Shown here: piece by piece, positions 18,647 through 28,052 of the stretch | Numbering within the stretch: the first letter of the stretch is position 1 | How the letters are laid out: the number at the start of each line of letters is the position of its first letter | DNA from: a virus | Virus record (IMG/VR): IMGVR_UViG_3300050496_000069 | DNA length: 64,000 nt | Strand: one strand, 5' to 3' | The notes under the pieces: model-generated | Seen by the model: the letters and a program-made list of their open reading frames with translations, nothing else | Database searches by the model: none | Told to the model about the DNA's origin: nothing | Translations under genes and position numbers: made by a program

Positions 18647-19291
18647 TTAGCGGGCTTCAATCGCCTGAAACGTGACCGTGCCGCGACCCGTTGCCATGTC
18701 GGCAGTTGTGGAAATTGAGCCAGGCACGATCGCCATGATGCAGGAAGGCTTGACCAGCGTAGCGGCGACAGGCGCCACCACCCCCGGCCACAGATGCGGG
18801 CGAACCTCAAACTGCGTTGTCACGCCGCTGCCACTGGCCGTCACGGGTTCCATGACCATGTGCAGGTCTTTGTCGCCGATCTGGATGTAATCGCCGACTG
18901 AGACCTTGTAGCCAGCTGGCAGGCCCGAGAGAGAAATAGCCTTGCGGTTACTCGCAATCGTGGCCACCTGCCCCACGCCACTGAACGCACCGCCGGTTGG
19001 CCAGCTGCCGTTCGGATAGGCAACCGGAAAACATCGCGATTTCGGGAAGGCGCGGAAGGTCTTAAGCCCGTTTTCCAAGCTCGTGAGTCGCGCACGCCAA
19101 TAGTCAAGTTCGTTCGGCTTCATCGAGCGCGACTGCGCCGTCATCTGCCAGAGCGGAGAGCCAAGGTCTTTGACGACGGTCTGCCCCCCTGCCGTGCGCG
19201 ACTGTTCTTGCCGCCAAAGCAACTGAAAGTCGGTCGACCAGCCTGGGAACTCGTCGAAAAACGAAGTTGGGAGCGGGTATGTGATTGTCAT
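18647..19291 (-). CDS. Distal tail protein
   Basis: Start reassigned to MTITYPL; QEQSRTAGG..LGSPLW..WRARL motif; downstream of the tape measure gene. Confidence 0.7.
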   Translation of the reverse strand: MTITYPLPTSFFDEFPGWSTDFQLLWRQEQSRTAGGQTVVKDLGSPLWQMTAQSRSMKPNELDYWRARLTSLENGLKTFRAFPKSRCFPVAYPNGSWPTGGAFSGVGQVATIASNRKAISLSGLPAGYKVSVGDYIQIGDKDLHMVMEPVTASGSGVTTQFEVRPHLWPGVVAPVAATLVKPSCIMAIVPGSISTTADMATGRGTVTFQAIEAR

Positions 19292-19319
19292 TGTGGATTC
19301 CGCCGTTTGGGGACGCAAA

Positions 19320-19344
19320 GGAACAAAGGCCGCAACCGCGCATT
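19320..19344 (+). promoter_or_regulatory. EcfG/RpoE2-type general-stress promoter of yciF-like gene
   Basis: GGAAC-N16-CATT (fits GGAAC-N18-TT). Confidence 0.55.
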
Positions 19345-19375
19345 TTCCCGCAGCAATCAACCACCGGAGGAACCC

Positions 19376-19870
19376 ATGAAAACGCTTGCGGAAATTTTTG
19401 AGCACACGTTGCAGGACGTCTATTACGCCGAGAATGCGATCACGAAGGCTTTGCCAAAGGTCGCTAAAGCCGCAAAAAGCGCCGACCTGAAGAAGGCCGC
19501 CGAAGATCACCTCGCGGAGACGAAGGATCAGATCAAGAAGCTCGATCAGGTCTTCAAGTCCATCGGCAAAAAGGCGTCAGGCGAAAAATGCGATGCCATC
19601 GAGGGCTTGATCAAGGAGGCCGATGGCCTGATGGAAGAAGCCGAGGGAACCGCGCTCGACGCAGGCCTCCTTGCCGCTTGCCAGGCCGTAGAGCATTATG
19701 AAATCGCCCGTTACGGGTCGCTGCGCGAATGGGCTAAGGATCTCGGCCACGATGAAGCACACAAAATCCTGAGCGAAATCCTCGATCAGGAGAAGGCCAC
19801 CAACAACAAGCTGACGAACCTCGCCGTTACGTCAATTAACAAGACGTCGGCTGCGAAGAAAGCGGCGTAA
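19376..19870 (+). CDS. yciF: Ferritin-like DUF892/YciF stress protein (moron)
   Basis: LQDVYYAENAITKAL, HLAETKDQI, CDAIEGLIKE, QAVEHYEIARYG motifs; RBS GGAGG. Confidence 0.9.
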   Translation: MKTLAEIFEHTLQDVYYAENAITKALPKVAKAAKSADLKKAAEDHLAETKDQIKKLDQVFKSIGKKASGEKCDAIEGLIKEADGLMEEAEGTALDAGLLAACQAVEHYEIARYGSLREWAKDLGHDEAHKILSEILDQEKATNNKLTNLAVTSINKTSAAKKAA

Positions 19871-19876
19871 GTAAAG

Positions 19877-19902
19877 AGGCCTCCCTAATCGGGAGGCCTT
19901 TT
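19877..19902 (+). terminator. Terminator after yciF-like gene (possibly bidirectional)
   Basis: AGGCCTCCC-TAATC-GGGAGGCCT followed by TTT. Confidence 0.8.
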
Positions 19903-19931
19903 CTTATACACTTTGCCTGCTTCACACGGCT

Positions 19932-20234
19932 TCAGCAGAGGTCCACGAATTTCGCCAAAAGTGCCTTGACGCGGGCCCGGCCCATTTCGCTGATTTCCTT
20001 CAGGGATCTCTCGCTGAGGTCCTCGCCGCGCAATTGGATCACAATCTCTGCGGTTTCGTAGACATCGGCGTTTTCATCCAAAGCTCTCGCATCGAAAGTC
20101 AGGTGATACCAGTTCTCGTCAACCTGCTCTATCGACTCAAATTTTACTCCGCTTTCGTCATGTGTATTATCTTCGTCCATCATCGTCTCCATGGGTGAGA
20201 ATCGCGTCACATTAGAGTTGTTCGCGCCCATCAC
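19932..20234 (-). CDS. Acidic hypothetical protein
   Basis: 100-aa ORF after the tape measure gene; true start uncertain. Confidence 0.5.
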   Translation of the reverse strand: MMGANNSNVTRFSPMETMMDEDNTHDESGVKFESIEQVDENWYHLTFDARALDENADVYETAEIVIQLRGEDLSERSLKEISEMGRARVKALLAKFVDLC

Positions 20235-22603
20235 CGCAACTTAATGTTTTTACCTGGTGCATCGCGAACAGTGCTGAGGATGGTTGCCTTCAGGTCGCGT
20301 TGTGTACGCTGAAGGCTCGCATCAATTCTTGCAACTGCCGCTGCGTCAGCGCCTCGCGCATCAATGACTGGTGCGTAATTGATGACGGAAGCTTGGCTCG
20401 CGCCGCCCATCGACCTCAAACTCGGCACGCTTGGCACCGAAATCCCCACCGGCCCGCCGTTGGCGTAGCCTTTGAGATTGCGGCGCATGGCTTCCATCGC
20501 TCCAGGACCGCCGGCAGCCTTAACTGCCGCCTGATCAAAGACGTATTCGCCTTTGTGCACGACGCCCGCAGGCTGGTACTTTCCGCCGTCGCCGGTGTAG
20601 CCGCCGTCGGAGAAGCCGGGTCTCGCGATAGGAACCGGCCCCGTCATTGGAAGAGAAGAAAACCCGCCACCACCAAACAGGCCGAGGAAGCTACTCAGGA
20701 GACCGCCACCGCCACCCGCTGCGCTGTTTACCTTGAACAAGCTGGCGAGCACATCGTCGAGAAGCGCATCTGCAATGCGGCTTAGCGCGCCAGCAAATGC
20801 GTCCGCGGCACTCTCGCCATGAATCAGGTCGTCGATAAAGCCACGCGTCGCATCTCTCGCGACGTTATTCCATTCATTCAGCTTCTGCTGTTGCTCTTGC
20901 GCTTGCCTAAGCGCCTCAGACTGCCGCGCGTATGCCGCAGATTCCTGCTCGATTGCGGCAATCTTGTCGGGCGAAAGCGTGATGCTTTCCAGATCCTTCT
21001 CGCCCTTCTTGCGTGCCTCTTCTCGAAGGTCAGCGAGTGCCCTTTGCTCTAGGTCAAGAGCAGTGCGGCGCTTGGTCTGAGCCTCGTTGGACAGGCCTAT
21101 TAGGCTCATCTCCTGGCGAAGCGCTTCGGTTCGATCGCGAACTGCCTGAAGGTCTTCAGCGAAGCGATCGGATGCGGTCTTTTGCGGAGTTCTCGCCCGC
21201 TTTGGTGCACCAAACCCTCTATTTTTGTCCGTATCCAGGTCAGATGGGCGGCGTTCTGGTGTGGGGCCATTATCCGGTAGAGGAAACTGCGTTCCTTGGA
21301 TGGTGGCATCAGCGCCGAATTGAGAGTCCTGCTGGCCTGCTCCGCGCCACGTCCTTGGATCGTTTATCCTGGAGGTCGCGACGGAGGTAACCTCATTGAC
21401 CTTTTGAACGCTATCCGCAGCGGTCAGCGCGGCCGCCGACAGTGTGGAGAAGTATTTCGCGAATTCAGCGAGCGCCGGAATGCCAGTGCTGTTGATTGCC
21501 GCACTTAGGGCGGCCTGCACTCGGTCGACATCTTCAGTCTGCGCCTTGCCTTCTTCGGCAGCCTTCGCAAAGTCATTGAATGCCGACTGGAGGTTCTTGA
21601 TAACGTCAGCTTCTTCACCGGCCGACTGCAGCTGCGAAACCAGGTCAGCAATCGTAGCGCGCGTGCTTTCGACTTCCTTGCGGACGTCGGCAAGCGTACT
21701 CGTGTTTACGATGTCTGCGCCCTTGGTGAGGTCGGCGTTGTCCTGCGCACGCTTCAACTGATCAGCGTAATCGCGCAAGGCAGGCACTGCATCGCCCCAC
21801 CGCTCGGCTACGGCAGCAATCAGCGCAGCCTGCTCTTTGAGCACCTCGGCGGACTTATCGCCTTCGCTCATTATGGTGGAAAAGTACTGAAATGCCGCCG
21901 TACCAGCGGCAATGACACCGATTGTCACCAAAGACAGCGGAGATATTACGGAAGCAAAAGCGGCTGCAAGACCTTGCCCAACCCCCTGCCCGCTATCCTT
22001 TATCTGCTGTAGAACGGCCGAAAGCTGCGTGCCTTGCTGCAAAGCGATCTGGATAGGCGACATGCCCATCGCTGCCGTTACGCCGATGTCCTGAAACTGG
22101 GCGGCGATGTTCGCTGTGTTGAAGCTGTTGCCGCTACTCGTTGTAACTGTAGCCTTCAGTGCGGCGTTACGGCCTTTGATGGCTGCAGTCGACGCAAGGG
22201 CGGCCTGTCGCTCTCGTTGAATTGCCGAGGCCATCTCATTAGCAGAAATGGCGCCGGCAGCATGTGCCTGCCGGATCTCGGCGACGGCGTTTTTATAATT
22301 CGAAATGGTAGCGAACAACGGACTGTATTTGGTGCGGAGGCGATCAAGCTCTTTCTGCTGATCAGCGAGAACCCCGTTCCATTCTTTTGCTGCCGTCGTC
22401 CCAATACCCACCATACTGTTGATGCGATCCTGCATCGACGTGGTGAGCGAATTGTTGATCGATTTCCCAGTCGCGGCAAAACGTTTCTCGATGCCACTGG
22501 ATGCCGCGCCTACGTCCGACACCAGCCTGTTTAGGGCACGCTTTACGGTTGCAAGGTCGGTGCTGATTGAGATAATCAGATCATCACTATTATTACCGGC
22601 CAA
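20231..22603 (-). CDS. Tail tape measure protein
   Basis: 790 aa, Ala-rich helical; TANIAAQFQDIG..IALQQGTQL and FSDGGYTG..PAGVVHKGEYV motifs. Confidence 0.92.
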   Translation of the reverse strand: MAGNNSDDLIISISTDLATVKRALNRLVSDVGAASSGIEKRFAATGKSINNSLTTSMQDRINSMVGIGTTAAKEWNGVLADQQKELDRLRTKYSPLFATISNYKNAVAEIRQAHAAGAISANEMASAIQRERQAALASTAAIKGRNAALKATVTTSSGNSFNTANIAAQFQDIGVTAAMGMSPIQIALQQGTQLSAVLQQIKDSGQGVGQGLAAAFASVISPLSLVTIGVIAAGTAAFQYFSTIMSEGDKSAEVLKEQAALIAAVAERWGDAVPALRDYADQLKRAQDNADLTKGADIVNTSTLADVRKEVESTRATIADLVSQLQSAGEEADVIKNLQSAFNDFAKAAEEGKAQTEDVDRVQAALSAAINSTGIPALAEFAKYFSTLSAAALTAADSVQKVNEVTSVATSRINDPRTWRGAGQQDSQFGADATIQGTQFPLPDNGPTPERRPSDLDTDKNRGFGAPKRARTPQKTASDRFAEDLQAVRDRTEALRQEMSLIGLSNEAQTKRRTALDLEQRALADLREEARKKGEKDLESITLSPDKIAAIEQESAAYARQSEALRQAQEQQQKLNEWNNVARDATRGFIDDLIHGESAADAFAGALSRIADALLDDVLASLFKVNSAAGGGGGLLSSFLGLFGGGGFSSLPMTGPVPIARPGFSDGGYTGDGGKYQPAGVVHKGEYVFDQAAVKAAGGPGAMEAMRRNLKGYANGGPVGISVPSVPSLRSMGGASQASVINYAPVIDARGADAAAVARIDASLQRTQRDLKATILSTVRDAPGKNIKLR

Positions 22604-22650
22604 GTCGGTGTCCTAACGTGAAAAGGCCCGCCAGGAGCGAGCCGAAAGGG

Positions 22651-23103
22651 ATGGATATGCCCAAGTGCAAACGGTGCGGTTCGGACTATTATCTGGGCGG
22701 TAAGGACGGTCACTGCGTTGACTGCGAGGAAGTGCTCGCGAAGAGCGATGGCGACGCAAAAAAGCAGTCAATTATCATGACGACTTCAATTGACGTGCCA
22801 AATCGGCAGGTCGAGAGCGTCATATCGATAGTCGCGTCGGAAGCCGCCTTGGGCATGAGCGTTTTCAAAGACGTGGCCAATAATTGGCGGGATTTTGTGG
22901 GTGGTCGGGCGAACGCTTCCCAAGCCTCACTAAAGGAGGCACGTCTCGCATGTTTGGATGGCCTTAGGTCAGAAGCCTTTGAGGTCGGAGCGGACGCCGT
23001 AATCTCTGTTGACCTGGATTACAATCAACTGGCGACCGGCGGCACCGGAGGCATACTCTTTGTCGCGGCGACGGGTACGGCGGTTAAGCTGAAGCCAGCA
23101 TAA
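22651..23103 (+). CDS. YbjQ/UPF0145-family protein with N-terminal zinc ribbon (moron)
   Basis: CKRC..CVDC followed by IIMTTS..RDFVGGR..LKEAR..GADAVISVDLDY..ATGTAV. Confidence 0.8.
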   Translation: MDMPKCKRCGSDYYLGGKDGHCVDCEEVLAKSDGDAKKQSIIMTTSIDVPNRQVESVISIVASEAALGMSVFKDVANNWRDFVGGRANASQASLKEARLACLDGLRSEAFEVGADAVISVDLDYNQLATGGTGGILFVAATGTAVKLKPA

Positions 23104-23119
23104 TATCTTTGGGGGTACG

Positions 23120-23452
23120 ATGAAAATATCGGTGGCAATGGCGGCTTCAATGGTCGCGGTCCTTACGGGCTGCACCAAAATGGAGCAGTACTATCCAAAC
23201 GGACAAGTCGTTGAGATCGACGGCATTGAATTTTCCGTCTCCCCTATGGGCAACAAGGCTGGCTCCTACAAGGCGATGCCGAACAATCCAAAAGACCAGT
23301 CATTCCTGATGCTCGATCCGATGGTTTGGGTTCGGAACACTAAAGCGATCGAAAAGGCCACCGGATGCAGCGTCTATCGCGAAAGCGTGAAGAATCATGA
23401 GAACACGACTTTCGCCGCGGTAGACTGCTCAGCTAAGCCGAACCCGGCTTAG
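23120..23452 (+). CDS. Putative lipoprotein (moron)
   Basis: MKIS..VAVLTGC lipobox. Confidence 0.7.
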   Translation: MKISVAMAASMVAVLTGCTKMEQYYPNGQVVEIDGIEFSVSPMGNKAGSYKAMPNNPKDQSFLMLDPMVWVRNTKAIEKATGCSVYRESVKNHENTTFAAVDCSAKPNPA

Positions 23453-23453
23453 C

Positions 23454-23687
23454 CTAACCACCATACGTCTTGATCAATTCATCCATCTCTTCGTCAGATG
23501 GTGGAGCGACAGACTTTTTGGTGCCGTTTGCTTCAGCCTTGCCTTTCACCGCGAGAGTGAACTCGGTCAAGCTGGACGACCAGAATATTCCGGGTGTCCA
23601 TCCAAGGCCGCCAAAAGCGATCTTTTGCCAGTCGCGCCAGGGGAACGGTTCTTCTATGCCGCCTTTTGAGCGGCTTCCCCGTTTCCC
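23454..23687 (-). CDS. Tail assembly chaperone T segment, reached by -1 frameshift
   Basis: Open -1 frame from slippery GGGAAAC: ..PFPWRDWQKIAFGGLGWTPGIFWSSSLTEF..; stop at 23454. Confidence 0.7.
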   Translation of the reverse strand, partial: GKRGSRSKGGIEEPFPWRDWQKIAFGGLGWTPGIFWSSSLTEFTLAVKGKAEANGTKKSVAPPSDEEMDELIKTYGG

Positions 23688-24013
23688 TCGTCTTCCTCAT
23701 CAAAATGATGGGACAACGCCTCAGAGATCGCCTTGGCAACAGCGCCGAAGTGCTTCAGCTTCAATGCGCCAATTGCCTTCACCTTGTCGCCCCGCACGGT
23801 AAGCAGATCGAGCGCGGCCACTGTGGCGGCCGGCTCGACGCCGGAAAGGCGAAGGAACAAATCGGACATGCTCTTGCAAGAGAGACGCGTAGACACGGCA
23901 GTAAGTCCGCCCATCTCCGCGACGATGACCAGCGGTTCCTTGCCGACCCACAGGCCGACCTCACCGCGAGCTCCGTTCACTTCCAACGGAAAAGGCTTTT
24001 CAGCATCAGCCAA
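23654..24013 (-). CDS. Tail assembly chaperone G
   Basis: TTG start after GGAGG; lies between major tail and tape measure genes. Confidence 0.75.
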   Translation of the reverse strand: MADAEKPFPLEVNGARGEVGLWVGKEPLVIVAEMGGLTAVSTRLSCKSMSDLFLRLSGVEPAATVAALDLLTVRGDKVKAIGALKLKHFGAVAKAISEALSHHFDEEDEGNGEAAQKAA

Positions 24014-24014
24014 A

Positions 24015-24446
24015 TTACACCTCCGCAACAAACGTCAGAACGCCAGCGGCGACGAACGTGGCAGTGAATTCCATGTTGCCTTCCATCTCGCCGCTGAACT
24101 CGAATTCAGAAACGAACCAAGGGCCGGTGTAAGTTCCGAGGCCAGGCACGATCACCTTGGCATTGAACTTCGTGGCATCGTTGACGTGCGTCATGAACGC
24201 GGTGTTGGAAGCGCTCTTAACGAACTTGCCGGAACCAGAGAACGTACGGTTCTTGATGCCCGGCTCTGCCGTTTTCTGCGGCGTGTTTTCGGGATTGACG
24301 CAGTCCGTGATAGTCGTGTCGACTTCATTTGCGGACATATTGAAGCTGCGGGTCGTCAGACCGCACAGGTTCGAAAAGACTTCAGGAGTTTCGCCGTCAC
24401 CAATCTGGATGAGCAGCGTACGACCAATCTGTTGACCGTCGGCCAT
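24015..24446 (-). CDS. Major tail tube protein
   Basis: FSNLCGLTTRSFNMSANEVDTT..TFSGSG..YTGPWFVSEFE motif. Confidence 0.85.
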   Translation of the reverse strand: MADGQQIGRTLLIQIGDGETPEVFSNLCGLTTRSFNMSANEVDTTITDCVNPENTPQKTAEPGIKNRTFSGSGKFVKSASNTAFMTHVNDATKFNAKVIVPGLGTYTGPWFVSEFEFSGEMEGNMEFTATFVAAGVLTFVAEV

Positions 24447-24480
24447 TTGTAAACCTCAAAAACTAGGGGTTGGTGGCCAA

Positions 24481-24891
24481 TCAGGCCGGTGTCTCGACGC
24501 GCGCAACGAACTCGACGACGCCATGCGTCGTAACTTCATCCGGGTCTTTGAAATGACGGGTGTCTTGCCGAGTAATCGATATCAATCGATGCGAGGGCAG
24601 CACTAAGGGCGCCTCATCCAGAGCCTCGACGACCTCGTGAATGATTTCCTTGAGCTCCTTGAAGCCGCCTGAGTATTGCGACCAAACGTGGATCGTCACA
24701 TAGATGAGGTTCGACTTCAGACAGTCGACATCATCCCTGATGACTTGGCTTTCCCCGTATTCGACGTATGGAAACGGTGCGTTGGTCGGCGGTCTGTCAT
24801 AAATCCTTTGGGCCACCTTCGACGTCAGACCGGCTCGCGCCTTCAGCCTGGCAACGATGGCACCCTGCAATTCGAGATCTGGGTTGGCCAT
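24481..24891 (-). CDS. Tail terminator (DUF3168-like)
   Basis: RIYDRPP..FPYV..TIHVWS motif; position. Confidence 0.8.
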   Translation of the reverse strand: MANPDLELQGAIVARLKARAGLTSKVAQRIYDRPPTNAPFPYVEYGESQVIRDDVDCLKSNLIYVTIHVWSQYSGGFKELKEIIHEVVEALDEAPLVLPSHRLISITRQDTRHFKDPDEVTTHGVVEFVARVETPA

Positions 24892-25385
24892 TACTTTTTC
24901 ATGGCCTCCCTCACGCCTCGCCAGACGGCGTCGTTGATCCGCTTTTTCGCCTTAGCCCTGAACGCGCGCCATGTCGGGAAAATATGCGGTTGCGCCCGCG
25001 TGCCAGGGTGCATCTTTGCGCCTGCCGCCTGTTTCTTGCCGGCAACCGTACCGCCACCCTTCGCAACGTTATGCGGCCGCGTTCCGAACTCCAAAAAGTG
25101 CCAGATCCACGCGGCGAAAACGCCCGTCGCATCCGGATCTTTGCTGGCCGTTGCACCGACTAGCGCCTTTGCGCTCGGCCGGTCAGAAATCTTGCCGCCC
25201 TGTATCGAAGCAGCGTAGTCGCCAGCAGTTGCGCTGTTGCTTATCGGCGCTCGGTCGGAGATTTTATCGGCGGCTTCGGTAGCAATCTGAAGTTTCGCTT
25301 CGGCGGCGTATTTGTTGGCGAGCGGAGCGACCTGATTGAGCTTTTTTGTCAGCGCCTCGCGGCCCAGAACCTTTGCCTTGATCAC
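24891..25385 (-). CDS. HK97 gp10-like neck/tail completion protein
   Basis: WHFLEFGT..HPGTRAQPHIFP motif; GTG start. Confidence 0.8.
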   Translation of the reverse strand: MIKAKVLGREALTKKLNQVAPLANKYAAEAKLQIATEAADKISDRAPISNSATAGDYAASIQGGKISDRPSAKALVGATASKDPDATGVFAAWIWHFLEFGTRPHNVAKGGGTVAGKKQAAGAKMHPGTRAQPHIFPTWRAFRAKAKKRINDAVWRGVREAMKK

Positions 25386-25738
25386 GACGCCTCCCCCTGC
25401 ACCACAAGCAGCTCGATCCACTGGTTGCGCTCGTCGATGTTGACCCCAGCCTTCATCGCGTAGAGCACACCGGTGCGCTTGTTGCGCGCCCTCCACGCTG
25501 GCGTGATGGTGCGCGTGCGTTCGTTGCTGCGGACGGTCATGGTGAAGGGCTGGACGCCTTGCAGGCGGCTGGCGATGACAGTCGCACTGCCGACACGCGG
25601 TTCAAGCCTGGCTGGCTCCTCGAATTGCTCCGCGAACCCGACCACAACACCGCCATACCCATCGTCGCCCTCAACCTCGGCCTCAAAGCCGATGCGCTCA
25701 CTCAGCGAGCCTGCGCCCGCCCTCTTGCGTTTTGGCAT
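25382..25738 (-). CDS. Head closure protein
   Basis: AGSLSERIGF start; position. Confidence 0.75.
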   Translation of the reverse strand: MPKRKRAGAGSLSERIGFEAEVEGDDGYGGVVVGFAEQFEEPARLEPRVGSATVIASRLQGVQPFTMTVRSNERTRTITPAWRARNKRTGVLYAMKAGVNIDERNQWIELLVVQGEAS

Positions 25739-25883
25739 TCGGTCGATCCTTGGTGGGTTCGGCAGCCCGAGCCGCTATCGCAGCCGCGGCGCACTTGCGC
25801 GTGACGTTGTAGAGGCCCGGCTGATAGGCGATGGTGAAGCTTGGCTGGCGCCAGTCGAACGGTTCATGGAAGCGGAGCCACAT
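25698..25883 (-). CDS. Small hypothetical neck-region protein
   Basis: MWLRFHEPFDW..; lies between connector and closure genes. Confidence 0.5.
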   Translation of the reverse strand: MWLRFHEPFDWRQPSFTIAYQPGLYNVTRKCAAAAIAARAAEPTKDRPNAKTQEGGRRLAE

Positions 25884-26211
25884 AGTCGTCCGCCACTGTT
25901 CGCCAGACACGCCACGGCGCCAAAAGCATCCGCACTGCACGCGGAAGGACTGCGTCGCCCGTTGCCTTGGGGTCAGGCTCGCGCACCTCGTAGAGGTCTC
26001 CTGTCACAAGAAGGATCGCCGACACGATTGCGGGCGTTGCCTCAATGCCATCAGCAGCCGTAGGCGTTTCACCGGCAGCTACGACTTCGCGATCAAGATG
26101 TTGCGCCACGATGCTTTCAGCAGCGTCGCGATATAGGCCGATCTCCGTATCTTCATCTTCATGAAAGACACGGAGATGCTTCTTGACGGTTTCGAGATCG
26201 ACGATCGCCAT
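25864..26211 (-). CDS. Head-tail connector (HK97 gp6-like)
   Basis: VDLETVKKHLRV..AILLVTGDLYEVRE..LLAPWR. Confidence 0.85.
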   Translation of the reverse strand: MAIVDLETVKKHLRVFHEDEDTEIGLYRDAAESIVAQHLDREVVAAGETPTAADGIEATPAIVSAILLVTGDLYEVREPDPKATGDAVLPRAVRMLLAPWRVWRTVADDYVAPLP

Positions 26212-26212
26212 A

Positions 26213-26554
26213 TCAGGCAGCCACTACTGCGGACGTGGGCGCGCTTGTGACCGGCACACTGCCCTTGTCATTTGTGGCTGTGACGCGAACCGTGATGGCC
26301 TTACCAACGTCACCCACAACGGGAACGTAAGTCGCGGCCGTAGCGCCAGAAATCGCGACGCCATCAGCAAACCACTGCCGGGCGTAAGTCGGGGAGCCAG
26401 ACCATGTGCCTGTGGTCGATGTCAGCGTCTGGCCGACCTGAGCCGTGCCCGTGATGGCAGGTGCAACAGAATTCACCGGCGAGCCGATACCGTTGACGAT
26501 ACCGGCGCCGATATAGGACGCGACCCTGCGCTTACGAACCTTCGTTGACAGCAT
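26213..26554 (-). CDS. Ig-like small virion protein
   Basis: APAITGTAQVGQTLT..TYARQWFADG..ITVRVTA motif. Confidence 0.6.
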   Translation of the reverse strand: MLSTKVRKRRVASYIGAGIVNGIGSPVNSVAPAITGTAQVGQTLTSTTGTWSGSPTYARQWFADGVAISGATAATYVPVVGDVGKAITVRVTATNDKGSVPVTSAPTSAVVAA

Positions 26555-26798
26555 CGGGTTTGTCCTTCTTCTTCGTCGAGCGAGCAGAGGAGATCACCGG
26601 CTTGTCATCTGATTCATCCGCGGCGTCGTCTTCAACGGCTGCCTTTGCCTCGCCGACGATGTCGACCAGCCCCTGCGCCTCGAGCTGCTTTGCCTCGCCT
26701 GCCTCGACCTTGAACGGATCGCTCTTTTTAGTCTTCAGTTCTTTGCCAACGGCGAACGTGCGCTTGGCCTTCACTTCCAGAAAATCGGTCATGCTCAT
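26532..26798 (-). CDS. Hypothetical head-associated protein
   Basis: 88 aa after the capsid gene. Confidence 0.6.
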   Translation of the reverse strand: MSMTDFLEVKAKRTFAVGKELKTKKSDPFKVEAGEAKQLEAQGLVDIVGEAKAAVEDDAADESDDKPVISSARSTKKKDKPDAVNEGS

Positions 26799-26839
26799 TC
26801 CCTTTCAAGGAAGGGGAGCCGAAGCTCCCCTTAGTTCAA

Positions 26840-28042
26840 TCAGGCGCCTTCGACATCGCCAGTCACAAAGGACTCGGGGCGATAGACTGCGAATGCCAGG
26901 CGCTCTTCAGCGCGGATCGTGAACATGTTCTTCTCGAAGTCGTCGACGTTCTCGCTGGACAACAGAACCTCGATTTCCATGCGGTCGAAGATCTGGGCTG
27001 CGAAGCTGAACGCGCCGGTGAGGAACTCGCCTGCGGCCATGGCCTGCGTCGAAACCACCGGCAGGTTCCAGAGCGTCGGAGTGAGCGAGCCCTGCGGATT
27101 GCCGATGATGTAGTTGCCGCCGGCGTCCTTGGTCAGCTCGATCTTCGCCCAGTCGATCGGGTTCAGAACGAACGCGGTCGCCGGATACTCAGCGAGAACG
27201 ACCTGCAGAACAGCCAGACGGAGACGGTCGATGCCTGTTTCGTCTGCGGCAGCGAATGCCGGGTTGAATGCGGTTGCCTGCGGAACCAGACCGTGGATGT
27301 TCTGGCCGGTGCCAGAGCCATTCAACAGCTGATTTTCCTCGGCGAAACGGAGACCGTAGCGAGCGCGGCCGTCGATGTAGGAGCGAAGCGCAGGCGCGTC
27401 GTCCAGGATCTGACGGGAGGCCTTGAAGAGGTGCGCGATTGTGCGGACCGGCGCGGACGTCATGTCGAACGTCAGATCCGAATAAGGCTTCGCAGTCGTT
27501 TCAGCGACCGGTGCAGCGTTGTTCGTGTAGCCGGTTTCCTTGACGTATTCGATCGAGCTCGAAGCAGTCTGGCCGGGCAGAACCAGGTCGCGGATCGTCA
27601 GCTGGCGCTCAGGCAGACCAAAGATACCAGGAACGCGCGCGCCGGGAACCAGAGAGGTACCCTGAGATCGGCCGGCGCCGACAGTGGTATTGGCCGAGGT
27701 GATGGCAGCGCGGTCGGCCTTGACGCGGATGGATCCACGAGAAGCGCCGGTGAGCATACCAGCCTTAAACTCAGAGGAATCGATGACGAGGTCACCGAGG
27801 GACTTTTGCTCGTCTTCGCCGTTTTCCCGCTCACGCGCGGCGCGCTTCTCCATCTCGCCGAGGCGGGTCGTAACGTCGCCAAGTTCAGACAGAGCCTTGT
27901 CGGTCTTTTCCTTCAGCTCCGCCGAAACTTCGCCGTTGGCGGCAAGCTTCGAGGTGAAGTCGGTGGCGAGATTGCCCACCTGCTCCTTGATGGATGCGAG
28001 GGAGGCGCCAAGTTCGCCAATTTTTTCTGCAAGTTCGGCCAT
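26840..28042 (-). CDS. HK97-fold major capsid protein
   Basis: Start MAELAEK; coiled-coil delta domain; TIAHLFKASRQILDDA and TIRAEERLAFAVYRPESFV. Confidence 0.95.
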   Translation of the reverse strand: MAELAEKIGELGASLASIKEQVGNLATDFTSKLAANGEVSAELKEKTDKALSELGDVTTRLGEMEKRAARERENGEDEQKSLGDLVIDSSEFKAGMLTGASRGSIRVKADRAAITSANTTVGAGRSQGTSLVPGARVPGIFGLPERQLTIRDLVLPGQTASSSIEYVKETGYTNNAAPVAETTAKPYSDLTFDMTSAPVRTIAHLFKASRQILDDAPALRSYIDGRARYGLRFAEENQLLNGSGTGQNIHGLVPQATAFNPAFAAADETGIDRLRLAVLQVVLAEYPATAFVLNPIDWAKIELTKDAGGNYIIGNPQGSLTPTLWNLPVVSTQAMAAGEFLTGAFSFAAQIFDRMEIEVLLSSENVDDFEKNMFTIRAEERLAFAVYRPESFVTGDVEGA

Positions 28043-28052
28043 GAGTGGCTCC

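Noticed and set aside
18647-19510. 5' extensions of ORF-track calls (e.g. 19510, 19208, 28147, 25496, 40017, 45195)
   Set aside because: Internal starts with RBS and family-typical N-termini fit better; the extensions overlap neighbouring genes.
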